Positions 23,434-33,926 of a DNA stretch of 64,000 nucleotides are shown in pieces. The position numbers and the translations under genes are program-made. Below the pieces are notes generated by a model. The model saw nothing but the letters and a program-made list of their open reading frames with translations. It ran no database searches and was not told where the DNA came from. Numbering within the stretch: the first letter of the stretch is position 1; every line of letters begins with the position of its first letter. This stretch comes from an uncultured Nitrososphaerales archaeon. GTDB lineage: Archaea > Thermoproteota > Nitrososphaeria > Nitrososphaerales > Nitrososphaeraceae. Location: positions 320,001 through 384,000 of the forward strand of contig CAVPXM010000055.1 of NCBI GenBank assembly GCA_963709405.1, given 5' to 3'.

Positions 23434-24759
23434 CCGCTAAGTCGACCGTCGCGCTGGAGCTTGACGACATCCAGGCCGGCGCCCTAGAGCCGCGGCCGGT
23501 TCCTTACGCGGGTATATACCAGATCCTGCGTCTTGACGACCGGCATGCAGGGCGTGAGCTGCTGCGGCGGCTAATCCCGTATCTCGACTCGGTTGCCTCC
23601 TTCGATCCCAAAACGCCGGTGTCGCTCGCCGTGGCACTCAGCTTCCAGGGTCTCAAAGCCCTCGGGGTACCGGAGGAGTCACTTGCCAGCTTCCCACCCG
23701 AGTTCCAGCAGGGAATGGCCGCACGAGCGGCCGAGCTTGGGGACGTGGGGGAGAACGCTCCCGAGCACTGGGAGAAACCGCTGGGTTCGCAGGACGGCCA
23801 TCTCGTGGTGGTCGGGCTCGCGCCCGACACTGCCCGCCTGGAGGCCGCTTTCCGCTACGCCCGCGACGCCCTACGCGATCTGTCCGGCGTCGTGCCCATC
23901 TGGCAACAGGACGTACACGCCGCGGCTGACCTGCGCAACATGTTCGGTTTCGCGGACGGCATCGCCCATCCGGCCGTCGAGGGTACTGGCATTCCCGGCA
24001 CCAATCCGTACGAAGTGCCGCTCAAGGCGGGCGAGTTCGTCCTGGGGTACGAGGATGAGACCCACAACCTCCCCCCCGTACCGCAGCCCGAGGTGCTGGG
24101 CCGCAACGGCACCTACGCGGTCTTCCGCAAGCTGCACACGCGCGTAGCCGCCTTCCGCCAGTACCTGCGCCAGCACGCCAAGGACCGCGCCGAGGAGGAG
24201 TGGCTGGCCGCCAAGATCGTCGGGCGCTGGCCGCAGCGGCGCGCCGCTGGCACTGACTCCGGACAAGGACGATCCCGAACTTGGGGCCGACCCGAAACGC
24301 AACAACGCCTTCATGTTCGGCGACGACCCGCATGGCCTCAAGTCCCCGATCGGCGCGCATGTCCGACGGATGAACCCCCGCGACTCGGTCGTCATTGGCG
24401 AAGTGCGCTTGCACCGCATGATCAGGCGCGGCACCAACTATGGCCCGCCGCTGCCCCCGGACGTCCTGGAGGACGACGGCGCCGACCGCGGCCTCATATT
24501 CGCCTTTGTCGGGGCGCACCTTGACCGGCAGTTCGAGTTCATCCAGAGGGAGTGGGTAAACGACGGCAAGTTCATCGGCGCACCGGCCGAAAAGGACCCG
24601 CTGGTGGGCAGTAACGATGGCCGTGAATTCACCATCCCGAAGCAGCCAATCCGCCGCCACCTCAAGGGACTGCCCGCTTTCGTCGTCAATCGCGGCGGCG
24701 AATACTGCTTCATGCCCGGCCTGCGGGCGCTGCGCTGGCTCGCCGATCTCGACACTTGA
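23430..24759 (+). CDS. Dyp-type peroxidase (frameshift near 24235)
   Basis: LDDIQ, FGFADGIAHP (GxxDG), NGTYAVFRKL, GAHVRRMNPR, IRRGTNYG, QFEFIQ, GGEYCFMP; ATGA overlap with the upstream gene. Confidence 0.9.
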
Positions 24760-25044
24760 GCCAGGGCGCAGGAGGAATGGCACCTGATATGACAGCCGAG
24801 CTATGCGTCTGGGAATCTTAATTTTAGGAATCTTAGAAATGTTGGGATAACAGTGTAGTTCTTTCTCACGAGCAATATAGCGGATCCCGCTTCGGCTTCG
24901 GTCGCCAAGAAGGGTAAAAGCGTTTCTAGTTTTATTTTTGTGGTTATTCCTGCAAGCCTTGCAACTTTATATTCTCACGAGAAGGTAAGAGGTAGGGATA
25001 CTAGGCGACTTGATAGAACCAGCAGAAGCCGAGGATGTCTTTGG

Positions 25045-25590
25045 AACCTTAAGCCAGTAAACCTGAAAATTCATAGCTCGATCTAGAGATTATGAAATGT
25101 TTTTGATATCGAATCCCAGAATGCTAGTTGGGATACATTGCAAAAGAAACTTTACTATCCAAAAAACTGTGGCAAGACTAGAAAAGATGATGATAGAAAA
25201 CAATATTTTGCAATTTACTATTTTTACAGACCCATCTTCTACGAATTAACAGGGTTTATCAAATTCGGAGTGTATTAAGTTGATGCACTTTATCATCAAA
25301 ATATAGTTCAGAGAATATAGAATGAAATGCAAGAATATATACTGCATCCAGTTGATGATGTAGAATAATACCAAATCAACTGTTTAATTGTCTATCCAAA
25401 GGAACTTGTTATTGCATCTTTCTGTTGTGCAAACATATCTACAGTCAACTTAATATTGAGAAGACTAGAATCATATGAAGGGGTTAACAAAAGTCGAATC
25501 AATAACAGTAACTAGCGAAACCAGAATTTATCGGGACTGGTTAAGGAGTGATATTGACAGAAGGTTAACATCTAGTCAAAAGCATTTATG
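25045..25590 (+). pseudogene. Decayed paralog of the Lrp/AsnC regulator at 27330
   Basis: Nucleotide similarity to 27770-28250 (gagattatgaaatgttt, tagaaaagatga, tatgaagg, gactggttaagga) with stops and indels. Confidence 0.7.
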
Positions 25591-25904
25591 ATCGTTAATA
25601 TCATTAATATCCTGAGCACCGCTGTCTTTTCGAAGAGTTAGTTTACTTGTTACCTGACTCAGTAGGCTGACTAGCCATGCGAAAAGCCATTATTGCCTAC
25701 ATTAGCAGGCAACATTAACAGGGTTTATCGAACTGACTGCAGAGCTCAAAACTACCACTTGGCTTAAGATATATACTATATTGTCTTTTTTGGACTACTG
25801 TTTTTTAACTCAACGCATTAAAAATCGGACAGATACTACAAAAAGTATACCAAAATTACTGGTTGACTTGCACCAAGCCTAAATCAATACTGGAGTATTG
25901 ATAT

Positions 25905-26174
25905 ATGGACTATTCGTATATGGCATTACTTAACCATAGCAGGTATTCACTACCAAAGTCACTCAATTGGCTGAGGGCAGTACAAATAGGCTTTGGAGCT
26001 TTAACTATTGTTACATCTATATTCGCTCTAGCGTTTCCAGGCTCCACCTACATTTCGGTAGTTTGGGTACTTGCTCTAGTACTGTTCTTCGTTGGAATAG
26101 AAGAAATCATCGTCGGAATTTTTTCACGTAGAGAGCCAGTCAGAGGAAGATATGCAGAAACTCCTGGCCTCTGA
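25905..26174 (+). pseudogene. N-terminal fragment of DUF308/HdeD-like membrane protein
   Basis: WLRAVQIGFG...FPG...VGIEEII, two TMs, then abrupt end. Confidence 0.55.
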
Positions 26175-26338
26175 TCTTCAATATTCCGTAATTGGTGCAA
26201 TCTTTGCTAATGAATCACAAAGAAAATAAACATGAACCAAGCAAACAACCATCCGAGGATTATCATGCTGGAGACAATTGTCATTTACACAATGAGGTGA
26301 TATATTGCAAATAAAACCAGCACAAGGAGTGTGTAAAA

Positions 26339-26869
26339 GTGAAAGTGCTACTTTTAGATTTGACTTCTGAAACTATGAAAAGTTTACGACAGGAAGCCAA
26401 GCAAAAAGATATCAGCACTAATACCTTGTTAAACCAAATAGTAAAAGAACATTTAAGATGGCATGCTAACGCATCTAATGCCGGTTTTATCGCAGTCAAT
26501 AGACTCTTTATTACAAGCTTGATAAGTCATTTATCAGAGCAAGATATTATTTCTATAACAGAACATGTAGCCAAGAACACAACCAAAGACACAATATTGC
26601 TTTTAGAAAATGAATATACAATGAAATCAGCGCTAGACTTTATAGAAAACTGGATAAAAATATCTGGTTATAAATATAAACATCATGAAATTAATGATGG
26701 CCAAAATAGGCATATGTATGTAATACAACATGACATGGGAATTAAATGGTCTATTTATTTGGCTAATATATACCAATTCTTATTTGATGAGGTAAAGGAA
26801 GACAATAAAAGAAGAGCAAAATTTGAAAAAACCGAAAATACATTAGCATTTACAGTTGATGTCGACTAA
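26339..26869 (+). CDS. Conserved hypothetical protein with RHH-like N-terminus
   Basis: LRQEAKQKDISTNTLLNQIV; IQHDMGIKWS motif. Confidence 0.7.
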   Translation: MKVLLLDLTSETMKSLRQEAKQKDISTNTLLNQIVKEHLRWHANASNAGFIAVNRLFITSLISHLSEQDIISITEHVAKNTTKDTILLLENEYTMKSALDFIENWIKISGYKYKHHEINDGQNRHMYVIQHDMGIKWSIYLANIYQFLFDEVKEDNKRRAKFEKTENTLAFTVDVD

Positions 26870-27268
26870 TACGTTAGAGTAGTGTAAGTTTCGACACTAG
26901 TCCATCATCGTTTTGTGTTGTAGCCATAATTATTAGCCTAAATTTAGTATTTAGAGTCTAGTCATTTAGGAAAGTCGGGGCAACAATCTTCAAATGCATA
27001 GACAAAAAGAATATTGTAGATATAGGCCAACACTGATTCATTCTGGAGGATCCGTGCATGATTATATTCACATTAGAATTGTTCTTATCGAATTACTTCT
27101 GCACAAGGGACACCTAGAACACATTTTATTATTAATCAGATGTAGACCTGGAGCAAGATAACGAGAAAGCACACCCGAAGTACGCTCACATATTTAAAAA
27201 TGCTTTTGTTTGTTATGGATATTTTCGTAGCTATAGATATTAAAACAAATAAAAAAATCATGTAGCGG

Positions 27269-27303
27269 GGATAATTTTCGCAAAATTATCCGAAAAGTAT
27301 ATG
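27269..27303 (+). promoter_or_regulatory. Operator palindrome next to BRE/TATA of the Lrp gene
   Basis: GGATAATTTT-CGC-AAAATTATCC (27269-27291) followed by GAAAAGTATATG. Confidence 0.6.
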
Positions 27304-27329
27304 ACGACCGCAAATATTACTAATATTTA

Positions 27330-28302
27330 TTGCAACAAGCGATAGTAGATGATATTGATTTACAAATTATAAGGTTACTTGTTAGTGACTGTAGAACAGG
27401 TTACACTGATATTGCTTCTGCAGTTGGAATATCTACAAATGCTGCAAAAGTAAGGACTAACAAAATGATTTCAAATGGCGTGATACAAGGTTTTAGAGTA
27501 CTTGTAAATCCAGCAACATTTGGATATGAGAAATTATTATTTTTAATAGCTAATAATATTGATAAAACAATTAAAGAACAAGACCTATTCAAAAAGATAC
27601 GTCTTTTAGGGGAGGTTTTTGCATATGCCAGGCACTTTGAAAGCGCTAGTATTTTTGTACTATTTGCTAAGGATATATCGCAGGACAAAATAGATATATT
27701 GGGTGATTTACTAAAGCCAGCAACAGTAGAGTCTATCTTTGGCAACTATAGACCACCAACCATGACTGTTAATGATTCTGATTTGGAGATTATGAAATGT
27801 TTATTGTCAGATCCTAGAATGTCGGGTAAAGATCTAGCCCAGCAAACTTCACTTTCACATAAGACGGTAGCAAGAAGATTAGAAAAGATGAGAGAAAACA
27901 ATGTTTTACAATTCTTTACAATTAAAGCAAACCTGGCTTCTCTTAGATTAGTAGGTTACATTGAATTTCCAGCATTAATTTATGTCAGGGAGCCAAGTTA
28001 CCAAAGCATAGTTGAAAGAATATACCAGGAATTACAAGAATATTTATTCTTGCTATCTAGTACCTCGATATTGGGATCAAAAGAGATTCATTTTTGCAGT
28101 ATTCTTTGCTTCGAACATTTCCATCGTCAACTTGGTATTAGGAAGGTTGCGATCCTATGAAGGAATTACCAAAGTTGAATCATTTATAACAACTAATGTG
28201 TCATATCATCTAGACTGGTTAAGGATCGAGATGGACAAAAGGTTAGCAGCTGGTAAGAAGTATTTATTATCATCAACATATGCTGCAGCTAAAGATTCGT
28301 GA
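27330..28302 (+). CDS. Lrp/AsnC-family regulator with two HTH modules (frameshift near 28060)
   Basis: DDIDLQII...YTDIASAVGIS and DLEIMKCLLSDPRMSGKDLAQ..VARRLEKM; C-terminus in ORF 28012-28302. Confidence 0.8.
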
Positions 28303-29269
28303 TTATTCGTTCCAATTCAATAGCACATCAAGGCCTATGTCATTTATCGTATATCCTTGATTTTGCCCAATTTAAGAAATTAGTCAATTAAATAAAACAA
28401 ATATTTCTTTTAGTAGGTCAGGCGACGATAAAGGCATTACTCGCATTATATCATCAAGTATAGATCTTCTAGTACATAATAACAAAACTATTGCTACTGT
28501 CTTCATTGCTACTTTGTGAACTAGAACAAGCATTGAATAGGATATGACAAACAAAAAAAGTTGGCACAGTATGCGAGAAGACGGATAGAAAACTATGATA
28601 AACTATTAAGAGAAGAAGAAGTTGATTCACAAAATAACTGCCAAAGTGTTTTGAGAATCTACTACTCTCCAATTCTTCTTTCCAACAACCTTATGTATTT
28701 GCTCTGTGCTATAATTACTTTAAACAATACGTCACCTGACTGTTTAATCCATCGATCAGTTTCTATTTGGTTAAGAGCCACATTAACAATGTTTTCGTTA
28801 CTTGATCTTTCCTTTATTTGGCGTGACCAAGCTTCCAACTCTGGAAACTGTGTCATCAAAAATTCTACCTTATGTCTTTTCTTATCTAATTCCTCGTCTG
28901 AACGCAGCCAGCGTGTCGAGGCTAAGATAACGAGAGAATGATCCTACAGCAGTAGTTGCGGTTGAGACATGGAGTCAACTGCACTTTGTTCTATAATAAT
29001 AGAATGATGTGGCACATTAATCTTCACCAATGAAGTAAATAGAGCTACATGGCTGATGGTATTTCGACGGGATTTATTTGAACGAAAGCTGATAGTATAG
29101 ATTTTCCGTAGGAAGAGATCTATGATATACGACTAGAACTATCAAGGCAAAGCATGCAAATTGATAAGTGGACGTTGTAAACCAGGTCGGAACTACCTGA
29201 CCTTCCTGCATATAAGAAGCCATATCTGAAGGTACGTCATTGTGGAGTTTGATGAAATTCCACAGGATC

Positions 29270-30710
29270 TCATTTCTGTTCAGATTCAAAGGTTTGGAGA
29301 CTGCCGCCGGTGGCGGCCAAACGTTTGAAGCCATCAAATGCAGCATATTTGTAGGCCATAGTATAGGTAGGTGTAGCAACTGTCAGGTTGTTAAACACGT
29401 CAATCGCGTCTGAATTGTAAAGCGTGGCCTGTCCAAGGGCGATGAGTTCTGACGCAATGTCGCCGAGGATATGGATTCCGAGTAAGCGGCGGTCTTGACG
29501 GCGGAATACCAGTTTCAGGATGCCATCCGTATCCCCAGAGATGAGTCCGCGGGGGATTTCTCCAAAACTGCAACGCCCGACTTCGTAATCGATCCCTTGC
29601 TCTTTGGCTTTATCTTCAGTTAATCCGACTCCCGCCAATTCCGGAACTGAATAAACTGCTGAGACAGATAATGGGTCTAACTTCACCTTGAATCCAAGGC
29701 CCAAGGCATGACAAGCCGCTACCCGGCCTTGCTCCGTCGAAACTGAGGCTAGCGAAGGACCAATTACATCGCCAGCAGCGTAAATCCCCTCAATACTAGT
29801 TTGAAAATGGTTGTCCACTTCAACCACTCCTCGAGGATTCAATTTTACCCCAGCTGCGTCAAAACATAGGCCTTCAGTGTCAACCAAGCGGCCGGTCGCA
29901 AACAGCGCCATGTCCGGTCCCAGCACTTCGCCGGTTTTCAAAGTGACCTGTAGCTCGCCATTGATCCGGCCGGCGGTGTGCACTCCTGTACCGAGCACAA
30001 TCCTCATCCCCTGTTTCTCAAAGGCCCTACGCAACAAATCCGACAGCTCACTATCCATGGTGCCTAACAGATGTTCTCCAGAGTGGACCACAGTCACGGG
30101 AATCCCATAGGCATTAAAAATTGAAGCAAACTCACATCCTATCGCCCCACCGCCAACGACCAGGGCGCTCTTAGGAACACGCTTAATCTTTGGCAGCTCT
30201 TCTGAATCGAAAATGTCGGGATCATCAAACGGGATGTTTGCTGGATGAAATGGGCGCGACCCTGTCGCAATCAGAATTTTTTCTGCCGTAAAGACGCGTT
30301 CCGTTTCTGAAACCTCGCGGGGGGTGACTATAACGGTGCGATTTGGGCCCAAACGCGCTGACCCATAGACGACATCTACTCCTAACTTGTCTACAAAAAA
30401 AGAGTGAGTAAAGTTCTGCATCGCAGAAGAAACTTCTTCTGTTCTTGCGCGCGAGCGCTTTACTGCCATAACTATATCAGGTTGCTCAGTAATTCCATAA
30501 AGGGCCCGATAACGAAAACCAGTAAGATGTAAGGTCTGCCTCACGGAGCGTCTTGGTTGGCCCTCCGCCCGTTGTGACCACAAGGCCGCCAAGGACTTCG
30601 CGCTCGATAACCAATGTGCGTCGCCCGGCGAATGCGGCAAACTCAGCCGCACCTTGTCCCGCTGGGCCACCACCAATGATAATTAGGTCGTAGTGCTGGA
30701 TGCCTGTCAT
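29270..30710 (-). CDS. Soluble pyridine-nucleotide transhydrogenase-like flavoprotein (frameshift near 30550)
   Basis: YDLIIIGGGPAG, ATGSRP, VGGGAIGCEFA, IYAAGDVIG; no redox CxxxxC; intermediate GC. Confidence 0.8.
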
Positions 30711-31157
30711 GGTTTCGTCTCTGTCACCAACTGCTTCTTGCACCATTTAGCATAAGGAATAGTCGCGAGATTAGTTATAATAAGATAAATCACAATCACA
30801 TCCGACACCACCTTGTACAGGTACTTTGATAGCCGCTCTAAGGATATGGTTCAGTCAGAGCCTCACTCTTGATTGAGTATGTTCACTTTGAACCTAGCCA
30901 ACATGCAGAATATGCTAGTGCTAGAAGATTTTCATATCGTCAGGGCCATAGAATGTATCGGATTATTTTATAGTTGTGATATTAGCTTGACCTTGACCTG
31001 TACTACTTTTTATTATATACTTCTTTGATGATGTAGACTACCACGTATAGAACTACAGTCTTTGGGGGAATAGTCATTAACCTGTATGACATAAGCGATC
31101 AAGTTAGGGAATATGGACTAGAGGCTATAGAAGGTATCAAGCGACAAAGTTAGCCTA

Positions 31158-31334
31158 GTTATTCTCTCTGCAGCGATAGAACAAATCAACAAAATTACAA
31201 TGTAATGAATTGTACCCTTTGTAAATAAATAGCAGAGTTGACGTGTGTTTAAAAATGAATCAAATTAATTCTAAAGAAAGAGTGAGAGGGAAATGACGAG
31301 TACCAGCAAGAAACAGAATGGGACAATTACAGGA
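31158..31334 (+). repeat. Promoter/RBS/start cassette, copy 3 (177 bp)
   Basis: Near-identical to 16759-16935; ATG at 31293. Confidence 0.93.
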
Positions 31335-31346
31335 CAGAAACTATGA
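31293..31346 (+). CDS. 17-aa leader peptide MTSTSKKQNGTITGQKL overlapping the oleate hydratase start
   Basis: Cassette ATG; TGA 31344-31346 overlaps ATG 31343 (ATGA). Confidence 0.5.
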   Translation: MTSTSKKQNGTITGQKL

Positions 31347-33058
31347 GAAACTATTACTGTGTCAACACCCTGCCGCCTGCGGGTATCGACAAGAAGAACG
31401 CCCACATCGTGGGTGGCGGGATCGCCGGCCTGGCCGTGGCGGTCTTCCTGGTCGACGATGCACACATGCCCGGGGACAGGATCACCGTCTACGAGCAGCT
31501 CCCCGTCACCGGTGGAGCGTTAGACGGCGCCGGTGACCATCAAACCGGCTACACCGCCCGGGGAGATCGTGAGCAACATGAATCGATGGACTGCCTGTGG
31601 TATTTGTGCGCCAAGATTCCCTCGGTAGCGAGCCCCGGCATGACGATCCTCGACGAGACCTACGAGTCGAACGTGCAAGAGCCCATCAACGCCAAGTTCA
31701 GATTGATGGCAAACCGGGGTCAGCAGTATTCCGCGGGCGAAGAGCTTATGTCGGATGAGGACCGACGCAGGATGATCAAGTTGTGGCTCACGCCAGAGGA
31801 GAAGCTGGAGAACCAAACCCTGGCCGACTGGTTTACCCCTGAGTTCTTCAGCAAATCTGCATTTTGGCACTACTGGTCTAGCATGTACGCGTTTTGGCCG
31901 GATCACGCGCTGATCGAGGGCCGGCGCTACCTGCTGCGCTACTCCGAGATCAACCCTGCGAACCTACACGGGATCCTGCACTACAAATACAATCAGTACG
32001 ACTCGGTGGCCAAGCCGATACACGTCTGGCTGGAGCGCCATGGCGTGCGATTCCGCACCGGGACGACCGTCACCGACATCGAGACCGCAGACAAGGACGG
32101 AGAGACCCTCGCCACGGGTCTGAAGTTCCGCGACGCCGACGGCGAGCACCATCTCAGACTCGCCCGTGATGATCTGGTGTTCTTCACCAACGGTTCCTTG
32201 GTGCAGAACTCCACTCACGGCGACACCAAGACCGTGACCAAGTTTGACCGCAACACCGCCGACCGGGGCTGCTTCACAGTGTGGGAGAAAATGGCGGCGC
32301 GCAATCCGAAGTTCGGCAAACCCGACGTGTTCCTCTCCAACGTGGATAGAAGCGGGTGGATTTCGTACTACGTGACGATCAAGGGCGACGCCACGTTCTT
32401 CGACTACATGGAGGCCAAGACCGGCAACGCACCCAACACTGGTGGTCTGACCGCGATCGTCGACTCCTCGTGGAGGCTGAACTTCGCCCTTTTCAGCAAG
32501 ACCTTCCTCGATCAACCCGACGCCGTGCAAACGCTTCAGGGCTACGCCCAGATCATGACCAAACCCGGATCCTACATCAAAAAGCTGATGCCGGAATGCA
32601 CCGGCGCGGAGATCTTCGCTGAGTTGCTCTACCACTGCGGGCTAAAGGATGATCAGATCAAAAGCATCGTGTCGCACAGCATCGTGCATACCTTTGCCAT
32701 GCCGTATATCGTCGCCGAGTTCATGCCCCGGCGGGTCAGCGACCGTCCCAAGGTGATTCCGGACGGGTGCGTGAACCTGGCGTTCCTCGGCCAGTTCGCC
32801 GAAGTGCCCGGCGAGGTTGTGTTCACCACCGAATGCTCGGTGCGCAGCGCGATGATGGCGGTGTACGGTCTGACCGGCCTGAAGAAACCAATGATCCCGT
32901 TGCCCGAGCCCTACTTCGACGTCCGGGTGTTGGCCTTAAATCTCAAGATCATGGGCGGCAAGGAAAAGCTCACCCCTGAAGACCTGAGGGCCCTGCCGTT
33001 TACCGATGAAATCGTCTCGTTGATCAGCCAGGTCTTGAATTCCGCCGAGTTGCCCTAG
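31343..33058 (+). CDS. Oleate hydratase (MCRA family), divergent second copy
   Basis: GGGIAG, RGDREQ, KYNQYDS, NLAFLGQF, VFTTECSVRSAMMAVY; GC-rich. Confidence 0.9.
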   Translation: MRNYYCVNTLPPAGIDKKNAHIVGGGIAGLAVAVFLVDDAHMPGDRITVYEQLPVTGGALDGAGDHQTGYTARGDREQHESMDCLWYLCAKIPSVASPGMTILDETYESNVQEPINAKFRLMANRGQQYSAGEELMSDEDRRRMIKLWLTPEEKLENQTLADWFTPEFFSKSAFWHYWSSMYAFWPDHALIEGRRYLLRYSEINPANLHGILHYKYNQYDSVAKPIHVWLERHGVRFRTGTTVTDIETADKDGETLATGLKFRDADGEHHLRLARDDLVFFTNGSLVQNSTHGDTKTVTKFDRNTADRGCFTVWEKMAARNPKFGKPDVFLSNVDRSGWISYYVTIKGDATFFDYMEAKTGNAPNTGGLTAIVDSSWRLNFALFSKTFLDQPDAVQTLQGYAQIMTKPGSYIKKLMPECTGAEIFAELLYHCGLKDDQIKSIVSHSIVHTFAMPYIVAEFMPRRVSDRPKVIPDGCVNLAFLGQFAEVPGEVVFTTECSVRSAMMAVYGLTGLKKPMIPLPEPYFDVRVLALNLKIMGGKEKLTPEDLRALPFTDEIVSLISQVLNSAELP

Positions 33059-33323
33059 GTGCAGTTGTCGCTACACCAAGCTCCTTAATCGCTCCGACAG
33101 TCAGGCCAACCAAACACGCTAGACTCACTGACTTTTTGAATTCTTGAATTAAAATATAATATAACACTTAGTATTGTGGCATATATACATATGACAATAT
33201 CAATTGATAAATCAATTGAGCAAGAAAAGGGGGATACTACAACAATAAGACAATCACCATACAAGATAAACCCGCTAATTCTACTAATGATTCCAAGGTC
33301 TATGACAGGTTGGATGCTGCCTG

Positions 33324-33394
33324 TAATATTTGGTAATGTTGGTAAGGATCATAAGCATGGTGTAGTGCAAGGTTTCTGGATTCATTAGGCAATT
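33324..33394 (+). repeat. 71-bp imperfect direct repeat, right copy
   Basis: Aligns with 16471-16541. Confidence 0.85.
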
Positions 33395-33926
33395 CTCGAT
33401 ATATCTCAATCATACTATTGGTAGAGATATCGCCAAACTATTTCAAAAGCCAGATGTACTCTGGCTAGTTTAAGCCAGCTGTGCTTCTGGATAGACCGAT
33501 AGTATTATTTAGCAAAGATAATGCTTTGCTATGAGTAGTGTTGAATAGCATTATTCCATAAAAAAACCCAGTGATTATCGATAACTCTTCCTAGGTCGGA
33601 AGATATCCAAGTGATTTTTTGGCCATCGTTAGTCCCAAACGTTCCGTTTCCTCTCGCAAGGAGCAGTTTATCAGACAAGTGAGCAACTAAACAGATTAGA
33701 GAGAAGTTGCAGATATATGATGAACTGGAAGATTTACAGGAAAGAAGTGGAGGCGTTAACGCAGTAATCCTGATAGCATTGGGTACGTTGATTTGGTTAA
33801 TTTCATAGTTTTGATTTTTGGACTGTACAAGATAGCGAGAGGTACTCATGATTCCTTTATTTGGAAGAATATAGGCAAATACGTACCTAATATAAGAACT
33901 CAATAATAGTTTGGCAACCGGACCAT

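Noticed and set aside
17055-24783. Numerous overlapping alternative-frame and antisense ORFs in GC-rich segments
   Set aside because: Expected shadow ORFs of high-GC3 coding DNA; no motifs, and they overlap well-supported genes
28469-28941. Short ORFs on both strands
   Set aside because: No motifs, mutually overlapping; cannot choose a real one
16759-31334. Cassette copies as a CRISPR array, integron attC sites or MITE
   Set aside because: Copies are kilobases apart, with no terminal inverted repeats, TSDs, attC-like fold or cas/intI genes
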